Positions 34,801-45,985 of a stretch of 64,000 nucleotides of DNA are shown piece after piece. Position 1 is the stretch's first letter. Each line of letters starts with the position of its first letter. A program made the translations under genes and the position numbers. Source of the stretch: Macrostomum lignano. Its lineage: Eukaryota. The notes under the pieces are model-generated. The model saw nothing but the letters and a program-made list of their open reading frames with translations. It had not been told where the DNA came from and searched no databases. The stretch lies in the NCBI GenBank assembly GCA_002269645.1, contig NIVC01001677.1:187586-251585 (forward strand). The letters run 5' to 3'.

Positions 34801-36073
34801 GTTGATGTCCTTGTTGTTGCCAGTGGATCTGTTGTTGACCTTGTTGTTGACAGTGGATCTGTTGTTGTCCTCGTTGTTGTCAGTGGATCTGTTGTTGTCC
34901 TCGTTGTTGACAGTGGATCTGTTGTTGTCCTCGTTGTTGTCAGTGGATCTGTTGTTGTCCTTGTTGTTGCCAGTGGATCTGTTGTTGTCCTTGTTGTTGC
35001 CAGTGGATCTGTTGTTGTCCTTGTTGTTGCCAGTGGATCTGTTGTTGACCTTGTTGTTGACAGTGGATCTGTTGTTGTCCTCGTTGTTGTCAGTGGATTT
35101 GTTGTTGTCCTCGTTGTTGTCAGTGGATCTGTTGTTGTCCTTGTTGTTGTCAGTGGATATGTTGTTTCCCCCATTGTTGTTAGCCGATCTGTTGTTTCCC
35201 CCATTGTTGTTAGCCAATCTGTTGTTTCCCCCATTGTTGTTAGCCGATCTGTTGTTTCCCCCATTGTTGTTAGCCGATCTGTTGTTTCCCCCATTGTTGT
35301 TAGCCGATCTGTCGTTGCTCCTGATGTTGTTAGTGGAGCTGCAGTGACCAGCAAATGTGTAGTCGGCGGTACTCTTAATTGCGTTTCTGCTGCTAATTGA
35401 GACGTTGTACTAAGCGCAGTATTAGATGCTGTACTGGCTACTGCAATCGGCTCATCAGTAGTATCCTTTGCGCTGGTTACGACATCCGAAATAGTTGTGG
35501 AAAATAATCCTGGAGCGTTGACAGTCGCTGGATGCAAACCACTTTCAGTAGTTGTCGGGACAGCATTATCGCGTAGAGCAGTTGTCTGTTGGGCCGTGGT
35601 GATCTGCTCTAAAATTATGTGGAAATAATTAATACAGATATTACAGTGATATTACAGCCTTTGGCGTTATCGTTCTTCAAACAGGCTGCAGCACGCACTC
35701 GTGCACACGCTCACACGGGGTGCACAGTGGCCCTTAGTTTAATCTGTGCTCGTGGGTGCAATCGATGGGGTCCGTGGCGCGATAAATCATTTTTTGGGGT
35801 TTCGGCCATAGACAATTTGGACTCAAAGAAAAGCGAGATCTACATTTCTTAACACAAAAAAGGAAATGACAGATGCCTAAAGGATAGATCAGATATTTTA
35901 TGCAAAGTATAACATACTAACGGCATCATCACTAATTACAACTATTACTCACCTGTTGACCCGGCCTCGAGAGTAGCTGGCGCAGCTGTTGCACAGTTGA
36001 AATAGGCGGCAAAGAAAACAATGAAGCCTATAATTAGTGCATTATTAGCCACTGTTGTACCTACTAATTGCAT
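31806..36073 (-). CDS. Single-pass membrane mucin-like Thr/Pro/Gln-rich protein (~1300 aa)
   Basis: Exon 1 36073-35953 (MQLVGTTVANNALIIGFIVFFAAYFNCATA signal peptide, donor GTGAGT). Exon 2 35608-31806 (acceptor TTTTAG, phase 1). TTDRLTTMGE, TTDPLTTTR and (QPTTA)n repeats, a hydrophobic segment LVQALTAASLALLSATVLSCICWCTIA, and a basic cytoplasmic tail. Confidence 0.85.
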
Positions 36074-36514
36074 AATCCTATTGACAAAGACCTTACTGTC
36101 TGCATGCACACTATACTAGATTTTGCGGCCCAGTCTCTGGACTATAACCGTGACAGACCTATTATAAATGTTAGGAATCAAGAACTTCACCTTTGTGAAC
36201 ATTTTCCGTTGCTAAGCAACCCTTCAAAGCCATTCTATTCTATACAGCTAGATAAGATGCGGTCGCCATGACAACAAACAAAAATACGAAAGGAAACTGA
36301 TTTAATTGCTCGACATCAGTGGCAAGCGCGGGTCTCAAATGCAAATATTCAGCTGGGCTATTGAATAGTGCGAGTTTGCCATGCATAATGCATGCGATAA
36401 CCTCGCCTGCTTCCTGCTGTGAGCTGTCACCCACTATTGGTCTGGAGTTCTTTCTTAGAAATGCACCGGAAATTATCGTGTGTTTCTTAATATAGCATAC
36501 AGAATTACAGATCA

Positions 36515-37030
36515 ATGAGCATTTGAGAAGTGGATTTTGAGAAACCGGTAATGTAGATTTTAGAAATCGGTAATGTGGATTTGAGAAACCGGTAATGTGG
36601 ATTTGAGAAACCGGTAATGTGGATTTGAGAAACCGGTAATGGGGATTTGAGAAACCGGTAATGTGGATTTGAGAAACCGGTAATGAGGACTTTAGAAATC
36701 GGTAGAGGATTTGAGAAACCGGTAATGTGGATTTGAGAAACCGGTAATGGGGATTTGAGAAACCGGTAATGTGGATTTGAGAAACCGGTAATGGGGATTT
36801 GAGAAACCGGTAATGTGGATTTGAGAAACCGGTAATGGGGATTTGAGAAACCGGTAATGTGGATTTGAGAAACCGGTAATGGGGATTTGAGAAACCGGTA
36901 ATGTGGATTTGAGAAACCGGTAATGGGGATTTGAGAAACCGGTAATGTGGATTTGAGAAACCGGTAATGGGGATTTGAGAAACCGGTAATGAAGATTTGA
37001 GAAATCGCTAAAATGGATTTGAGAAACGAG
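36515..37030 (+). repeat. 22-bp minisatellite GATTTGAGAAACCGGTAATGTG
   Basis: About 22 copies, alternating GTG/GGG variants. Confidence 0.97.
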
Positions 37031-37896
37031 GATTTAAGAAATCGGTAATAAGGATAAAGAATAGAGGAAAACAGCCGACAAAACACCTTAACAATTAAAT
37101 GTAGCACTCTGTCAGAGTCCACAACATGTCGACACCGAGACAGACGCACTGAATTGACATTGATCAGGTGCCACTGATCATACAATTTCAATGCATCAAA
37201 TGTGCAGAAACAAGCATGTATATTTATATATTTAGAAATGTGTAAATTTATGATGATTAATTAATAACTTACATAAACTGCGCCAAACCAAAGCGAATTT
37301 ACAAATTGTTTTTTTTTGTTTGAATTCACAACAAATTTGAATTCTAAATTTTTTAATTAACACATTGGTGCATGCATATGCGCGGATAAATGAAAGCTAA
37401 ATAAACACACAAAAAGCACAGGTTAGCATACTAACAGATAAAGGCTACTTATAGTAAGGTGATACAATATAATTACAAACAGTGCTGATTAGTTAATAAA
37501 TTATAATTTAGCAAGTAGGGCTAGTGAATTATTACGAGTTATTGAACAAACGAACAAACAAACGAACAAGGTGACGAGTAGGCAATCAGAGGAGGGAATT
37601 CAGAATCAAGCAAGTTAGGTAAATAGATGTGAAATAAAAATTGGAATAGGGGCAGGTGAAAAAAACAATGAATTATCTAATTACTACTAGAGTTACAGTC
37701 GGTACTAAGTAGTATGTTTTAATTGCTTTTTTAATGAAGCTGATTTTTCAAGTTACTAACTAGTAATTGTTACCAATATTATTATTATTATTACTACTAC
37801 TTTACAAAAAAGCGTTGGATTATAAAATTGGAGACAGAACGCAACAAGTTCAATTTTCAATTCAGGAGTCACTGCACAGCCAAGGACAAGCATTTT

Positions 37897-39674
37897 TTAC
37901 TTTTTACCAGGCGGCTGCTGCGGCTGGGAGGCGGCGCTCATAGCCGACCAGAGGCTGGTGGGATTAAATCCCATATTTTGTCGCATAGCCTGCTGCAGCA
38001 TAGTCAAATAGTTAGCCGGCATAGTGTAGGGATAAGAGCTGGCGCTGGCACCTCCGGCAGCCGGGTACAGCTGGGATATGGCCTGCAGCTGGGCGTGCAG
38101 GAACTGCTGGCGTTGAATCTGTTCAACAGCGGCTGCGGTGGCGGCAGCCTGAGAAGCGGCGGCGGCAGCGGCGGCCTGCTGCTGTTGCTGCTGCTGAGTG
38201 GTGGCAGCAAGGCGGCTGGCACTGGAGCCGGAGAGGCTGTGCAACGAACTGGATGACCTGTGCGCAGAGCTTAGCGAAGACATGCCATGCAGAGAATGAT
38301 GCTGCTGCTGGTGATGATGCTGCTGCTGATGCTGCTGAGCCTGAGGCTGAGGCGGCGGCGGAAGCAGATGCGGAAAAGCTTGAGCAGCCAGCTGCGGATT
38401 AGCCGAATAGCGTTTGAATTCTTTTTCAATTTCTTCCTCCTGTTTGAGCGCTTTAACAAAAGCGGCCTTGAGCCTGGCCGTGTGATCCTTGCGAATGGCG
38501 TTCTTCTGATTGACGGACACGCACTGTTCGCAGATGACATTCTTAGAGCCGGGCTTGTCCCGCTTCCACACAGGTGTATAGTCTGTGCCGCACTGCACAC
38601 AGGTGAACGGGTGGAATACGTACTTGACTTCTGTTGGCTTGCCGCCCTTCAGTACGGCATCGTATTCGCTGATATTGCGGACAACTTCCTCTAGGCCTAC
38701 TAAAGCAATGAACTCGTTAGTAACCGTGCTCGGTATGAAGTTCAACTCAGACGGCGGCGGCTGGGGATTGGGAATCTCCAGCAGGGATTTCTCCAACTGT
38801 TTGCGCAACGCCAGCTTCTTCTGAGCCTTCTGGGCGTCTAGCTGAGCCTGGCTAATCTGTGGCGGCGGCGGCGGCGTAGCTTTCGTAGTGGAAGCCTGGC
38901 CGCTGCTGACGCTGGCCGACGTTTTCATTGGCAGCGCGGCGGCCGACTGCGACCGGCCAATTGCCGAAGATGGCGACTGATGATGCGACAGCTTCTGGCT
39001 GCCGACAGCCACTGCGCCAGCTGAACGGCCTTGAGCTGCAGCTGAGGCGCCCGACCGACTGGCACCAGATTGAGTGGCTCCAGCGACGGCGCCATTCTCC
39101 TTCTGTTGCTGATGATGGAGACTGGAGCCGGGCGCCGAGGCGGATCTCTGCTGAGAATGGCGCATAGCCTTCAATAGGGCCAGTTTGCACTCTTCGCTAC
39201 GCAGACTTTCGCGTAGTTTACGCAGCACCACGGCCTGCTCCTTCACCAGGGCCATGGCGGCGTCTGAATCAATGTCAGATTCGGCTAGCTCAGCCTGCTT
39301 AGCAACTAGCTTCTGGATTTCCTGCTCTTCATCGTCTGGCAGCACAATGATCTCATCGCTGCCAGCAGTTGCAGCGCTAGCAGCAGCGGGGGCAGAAGCA
39401 GCAAGGCTGCCAGTTCCACCAGAACTTGTCAGGGCGGGCGCTTTCTTTCGGCTAAGATCCATGGGCGCCAAGCCGCCTTGAGAAGAAGACTCAGTAGAGT
39501 TAGACGAAGCAGCAGCAGCAGCAGCAGCAGCCGCTTTCGAACGTTTCAACAGCACATCGGAGGTCTCGGGCAGTAGCCGTTTCCGTTGTTGCTGAGCAGC
39601 GGGCTGCATTGCCTTAATAGTTTTAGCTGTTGCTACTAATGCTGATTCTGTTGAACACTTCTTGATTGGCGACA
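37897..39674 (-). CDS. GATAD2: p66/GATAD2 (simjang-like) NuRD transcriptional repressor subunit
   Basis: CR1 coiled coil LRKLRESLRSEECKLALLKAMRHSQ. CR2 KLALRKQLEKSLLEIP..ELNFIPS..NEFIALVGLEEVV. GATA-type finger CVQCGTDYTPVW..CEQC..NQK..HTARLKAAFVKALKQEEEIE. PMDLS motif. Acceptor TTTCAG ends at 39675; first ATG at 39609. Confidence 0.95.
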
Positions 39675-39868
39675 CTGAAATGTTGAATTAGTCAGATAAC
39701 ACGGGCGCTAATTACAGGGAAATAATTAAATTCTGGCCATAGACAATTAGACTCTGTGCATATAGTACATAGAACTGCTAGCAATACAAAATAAATGAAT
39801 TTTAATAAGCAAACTTTTGACAGTCTAAGAACCTGAATAGGGCCTTTCATTGCTTACTTAAACTATTG

Positions 39869-40263
39869 GTTTTGTCAGCCTAACTGAGAACAAAGCCATC
39901 CAAAGTGAGAATCCTGCCCACGCTGACTGCGAAGGGCCCGGCTGCGTGCAGCCTTAGTCTATGGGCCATAGACAATAAAGGACAAGCAAAGTGATAAAAA
40001 GCCATCCAATGTGAGAATCGATTGGTCTTTTAAAACTTTGCTTGTCCTTTATAGTCTATGGCTCATAGACTAGGCTGGACGCAGCTAGGCCCTTCGTATT
40101 CAGCGTAGGCAGGATTCTCACATTGGATGGCTTTTTATCACTTTGCTTGTCCTTTATAGTCTATGGCCCATAGACTAAGGCTGCGCGCAGCCAGGCCCTT
40201 CGCAGTCAGCGTAGGCAGGATTCTCACTTTGGATGGCTTTATTCTCAGTTAGGCTGACAAAAC
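39869..40263. mobile_element. Fold-back / MITE-like element with ~150-bp inverted arms
   Basis: GTTTTGTCAGCCTAACTGAGAA...TTCTCAGTTAGGCTGACAAAAC. The right arm module is tandemly duplicated. Internal TAGTCTATGG-N-CCATAGACTA palindromes. Confidence 0.85.
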
Positions 40264-40449
40264 AAATACTAGCGTCATGAACAAGATTGTGATGTTCGTC
40301 GCTGCGTGCGCTTTGCATTTTTATCCATCCAAATATCTGCGTATTTATCCTACTATATACTCATAGCCTATTAGTTTTTATATCTTATCTGTTGTATAAA
40401 TTTATCCACCTTTTACCTACTCTATAATCTATATACTATTAGATCTATA

Positions 40450-41143
<694 letters not shown>

Positions 41144-41250
41144 GTGGCGACACTGTCGCCAAAACTCAAGAATGAAATTGATTTATATTAATTTTGCTGT
41201 TAAGACCTGTCAAGGCTGTTGTTTTCAGCTTACTTTAAGAACTTAACAAT

Positions 41251-41577
41251 TTACAATGATTTCGATTTACCAATCTCGCTAACCAAATCATTGTACTCTT
41301 TTAGACGCAGATGCCCATTGCCGATTTTATCCGGACTAGTCCAGGAGAACAGCCAAGGCGCATAGTCCACGTGATTCGGATCGTTAACCGGGGCCCCGGT
41401 TAAAAAGTGACAATCGCACACCCGCGAATTCGGATTGGGCTGCCACGGCTCGCCGCGGCGCAGCGCCACTATCCATTTCTGTCGCCTGGCCGGCGGTCCA
41501 ACCGGTATGCGAAACATTTTCGGCATACCGGCACCGCCGCCCCTGCGTTTACAGTTGACTACGCAACAGCTGGGCAT
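41251..41577 (-). CDS. THAP (C2CH zinc finger) domain ORF, probably transposon-derived
   Basis: MPSCCVVNC..MFRIP..RRQKWIVALRR..WQPNPNSRVCDCHFLTG..DYAPWLF has the THAP signature. 108 aa with no catalytic domain downstream. Confidence 0.8.
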   Translation of the reverse strand: MPSCCVVNCKRRGGGAGMPKMFRIPVGPPARRQKWIVALRRGEPWQPNPNSRVCDCHFLTGAPVNDPNHVDYAPWLFSWTSPDKIGNGHLRLKEYNDLVSEIGKSKSL

Positions 41578-42275
41578 GCCGCGGGAATATTGTATTGAGA
41601 CCACAGAGCACCCTGGCTGCGACAGGTAGCCCAGGTTGAAATAATGGAGGCACGGGGCCAGATCATGATGGAGAGGAGAGAAGTAAAGAGGGGGGGGGCA
41701 GACAGTCACACTAAGGGAAGAAGAGGGAAGAGACAAGCCATCTACCATCCCATAGGCGTCCGTCCGGTTTTTTTCAAAGCTAAAATTTCTCGTCCCTCTG
41801 CATCCAAGGTGAGTCTGACACTGCTTCTGCCAGCGAGCCTGTCTACTCGGTGAGCACACGCGATGAAGCCTCCCTCCCCTTCTCACCTTCCCCAGGTCTG
41901 CTCTCCCCTCCTTCCCCGGCTCAAACCCACATATCCTGCCCAATTTCTCTGTATCCTCTGGCTCAATCTCTTGCCTGCCTATCACCTGTGTCCCGGCTCC
42001 AATTGATTTTTTGCAAACCGTAGACCACCTACCTCACTTTCTAGCCAGATCTTCTCAGGACTAGCAATAGGGGAAGAGTACAGACAGGAAAAAATACTAA
42101 AATCCTCTTTCCTATTTTTCACTGTCAATGCCAAAACAGGAGGAATAGGAAAGGACAGGGATAGCTTTTAAAGTTATACAAAGCCCCAGCAAGAGACATC
42201 TGGATTCTGAACAAAACAAAGAAACGACTGGGATTCTTCAGTGGAAGCTTTTAGAAAACTCCCTACCATGCTTGG

Positions 42276-42440
42276 GCGCAACCTATGGATTCACCCGGCC
42301 GTTTCTATTGGCAACACACACATGTAAGTTGCTATTGGACGGAATAGTAGTCACGTGACTGCTCTCAGCCAATAGCGACTTACATGTGCGTGTTGCCATT
42401 AGAAACGGCCGGGTGATTCCCAAGGTTGCGCATGTATGCA
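42276..42440. mobile_element. Palindromic MITE-like element
   Basis: Arms TCACCCGGCCGTTTCTATTGGCAACACACACATGTAAGTTGCTATTGG / CCAATAGCGACTTACATGTGCGTGTTGCCATTAGAAACGGCCGGGTGA with few mismatches; central GTCACGTGAC. Confidence 0.75.
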
Positions 42441-42670
42441 GTCCCTACTTACAGAAAACAAACTGAAACTGGCAAGACGGACTATTCTTGGGGTAGTAAT
42501 TGCTAACATTATTCACTGGATGCGGGCTTAACAGTAAATGATGATATTAACACAACCACAATGAGGTGAAGGAAAGACATGAAGGAAAGACAGACTAGAC
42601 AAGAGTATGACAAAATCCAACCCTTCCACCCTATCCTTTTATAAAGTAATTGAAGAGAAAGTAGAAATAG

Positions 42671-42804
42671 TTTAAACGATTGTTAGTAGAAACCAGAAAA
42701 ATTGTTAGTAGAAAAGAACTCATTTAAGCTACTGAGCTTAAGCTACTAATCGTCTTCCAATTTGACGCAAACAATCTTCAACTATTTTAAGACAATCGTT
42801 TAAA
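42671..42804. mobile_element. Possible small MITE with 13-bp inverted ends TTTAAACGATTGT / ACAATCGTTTAAA
   Basis: Perfect 13-bp inverted match flanking a short interior. Confidence 0.4.
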
Positions 42805-43894
42805 ATTTCGAGGCTTAAAGTTAATTCTGAACGGCACTGTGTACTTTTAAAGTCTGATTTTGTCAGCGTAGCAACCACCTCAACCTCCGCCTCTCTCTCC
42901 TTGCCTTATTTGGCGAGATATGGAAAAGGGGTTTTAAAATTGACTAAACTTTGGCGCTGCTATAAGTTTGCTTCACATAAATGATTGACTTCAAACTTGA
43001 CAAAATTCTTCATTGACTCATTCACTGTCATGTCTCTAAATGTAAAGTATCAGCTCTGTAACTCTGTTTTTTGCCTAGATGTTTTTGCCGCTCATTCATT
43101 TCCCCCAGAGGAAGGGGTCGGGCGATAGGACTCAGTGAACATAGATGTGCTGTGTTGTGGAATAACTTTAGTTATATAGCCTTCTTTGCAAGAGACTATT
43201 TTAAGCAATGACAGTTTAGTGGGAAATTCCAAACACTTGGCCCATTCTATAAAGCCACCATAAAATAAGATTGTTCTTAGCTCCTATCTCCACAGTGTAA
43301 AAGTTCCAATGTAAAATTAAACTTATGCTACAACAGCATTATAGTAAAACCCCTCTGTCCTACTATCTGATTGAGAGATAGAGTATTCTGTGCCACAAAC
43401 TGGCTTTCCAAGCAACTTGAGCTCCCACTATAGGATCTGCACTGCTGAAACAACCATCTTAACAAGCATTATCCTGATACTCTATTTTTAATTTTCACAA
43501 CATTGTAATCATCAATCATATGAACTTGTAAATGATGTCAGCACACAAAGACTTGGGGACATGGCTTTTAAGGTTGCAAATATACTTGAAGACATGGCAA
43601 ATTATAACAGTCAATACTTAATACTAAGTGGCATTGCATTCCTTATATCTTTAACTTGGACATAATTGTATAAAAATGTGCATCTTAAAGAGTATCTTGA
43701 AAGACACTGTAAACTTTTAAATTTAGTGTATTTTTGCCATTGAGACAACCACTGTAATCTCCATCTACCTCTTTTTCCCTTATCTGGCCAGATATATACA
43801 CAAGGGTTTTAAAATTGACTAACTTATGGCTACCATAACATGCATGCACAACACCCCACTAAGCTAGCCAATCTAGCTGGCTGGCAAAGAGCCT

Positions 43895-45985
43895 AGCCAA
43901 GGTAAGTTGCATAAATGCCCATTCAAAAATTATAGTCATGATACTAATTAGATGATAAGGCAGGCATTTAGCCTTAATAATACAGTTAGTTACTCTTGTC
44001 ATTTACTCAAATTAGCATAATTTTTGCTTAGGTATCTTTCATAGGTAATTTGCATTTTTGGTCAAAATGTAAGATGCATAGCTAGTATATAACTCAGAGG
44101 GAGTGCTCATGTATCTGTAAGTTTATTCCATATAAAACAATTAGCCTTAAACTTGATATAATTCTTTATTAACTTATTATCTATCTAAGTATAAAATCTT
44201 ACTCTAATTTAATTAAAATTAGGCGCACAATTGGTTACAAGAAAAAGAGCACAAATGGGCAATCACTCTAATCAGGAGGTGGCAAATTGTACAAATATAT
44301 TATAAAATGTAAATTTATAAAGCACACAAGATGCCCATATTGTGGATTGTGTTATATATATGCCAGAAAGTATCTGACTATCTAGTAAAGTGCACGCCAA
44401 TAAAGTATGCCAATTAAGATAGTCTTCTAATTCTAGTAAATTGTATGCCAATTAAAAATGTGTGATTAACAAGCAAAAAATCTAACAATCAAGCTTAGGC
44501 ATAGCAAATAATTTACAATAAAAAATTAAATTGAAAACATATATCATTTGAAAAAATGAAAAGAATTGGTAAAACAGAATAGTTACATTTATTATTGATT
44601 AAGGTATATTTCTGAAAGAAAGAAAGAAAAAAACTTTCTATAGTTTTCTTTCTTCTTTCTTTCTATAGTTTTCAAACAATATACTAAAACTATAGAAAGT
44701 TTTAGTATATTGTTTGAAAATCTAATTTATTGTCATGACTTTGCAAATTAACTCTATAGCAAAGATTGTTTAGCATAATTCATATAATTCAATGCTTTTG
44801 TACACTGCATCAAAAGCTTGAACAAGTATAGTTAAGAATTATAAGCTAATGATTGTGCTTGAAGGTTGTATTTCCTCCTTCAATGCCAAATAAATGCTAG
44901 ATAAAGCACTTGAACGCCAGATGTATGCTAGCTAAAGTGTTTGTATGCCAGAATTTTCTGGTATATACTATACTTTCTGCAATATGGTAAAGATGCTAAT
45001 GCAGGGGCATAAGTGCCCATTGCTATTATACATCTACATACTTACACTGACATTATACGCATAAGATGCATAGCGCATGCTGCGTATATACCATGCACCT
45101 TATGCGCAAATAGAAATTTCTTTCTCTGTAGCCATGCAGGCAATTTTTCACAAGCATACCAGATACTATTTGTAAAAAACCCTATTTGCTCCAATGGGAA
45201 TCTTAGTCAACCTAGTAGAAAAGACTATAATCTACTTTAGTAAGACACTAGTAATAGCTATAATTGTGGTAACAAACTAGATTCATAACTATTAATTTAA
45301 TAATAAATACATCAAATACTTTATTGCCAAAAATAGTTCCATTTTCTAAATAAATATAATTTGTTTAAACTTTCATTTTGACTTTGTAAAAAAATAAACA
45401 CACACTAGGTACATTTTTATTAAATATTGAAATAACTAATGAAAAATTAATTAGATTATATTATAATATCAAGTCACTAACTTAGAGATTCTAGTATATA
45501 CAATTTTCAGTCATTATAGATAATATTTGGAACATATATAGTTAGAAAATAAAATGGATTGATTAAAACACTTGAATAATTTCAATATCTTATAATATAT
45601 AATATAGTTTTTACATCAATCTAAATCTTTCAATATATAAAAGTATAGGCTTATCTTAATTTTTTTCTCTTTTTTAAAAAGTTTATTTGCTTTTTTAGAA
45701 TATAATTCTATAAGCATATACATGCGCAACTGCTGGCTGACCTGGCCAATCTGGCCATTGTAAATTGTGGTGGACCAGGGGAAAGTTGCAAAAATGCCCA
45801 GCCTAAATAATACAGACATAGTACTAATTAGATAATGAGGCATTTAGCCTTTATAAGACAGTTATAGTTACTCCTGTCATTTACCTAAAATTGTATTAGG
45901 GTTTCTTTTACAGGTAAGTTGCATTTTTGGTCGCATGGCTAGTATAAATCAGGGGGTTGCGCATGTATGTATAAGCATATTAATC
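43895..45985 (+). repeat. Two diverged direct copies of a ~200-bp dispersed repeat (~43895-44120 and ~45780-45985)
   Basis: Shared blocks: AAGTTGCA..AATGCCCA, TACTAATTAGAT, GGCATTTAGCCTT, GTTACTC.TGTCATTTAC, TTGCATTTTTGGTC, GCTAGTATA. Confidence 0.65.

Noticed and set aside
32011-35400. Long + strand and alternative-frame ORFs over the mucin repeats
   Set aside because: They are antisense or alternative-frame shadows of the 15/27-bp coding repeats. Only the - strand frame has a signal exon, transmembrane segment and tail.
36240-36515. Short minus-strand ORF upstream of the mucin gene
   Set aside because: No recognisable domain or supporting splice structure.
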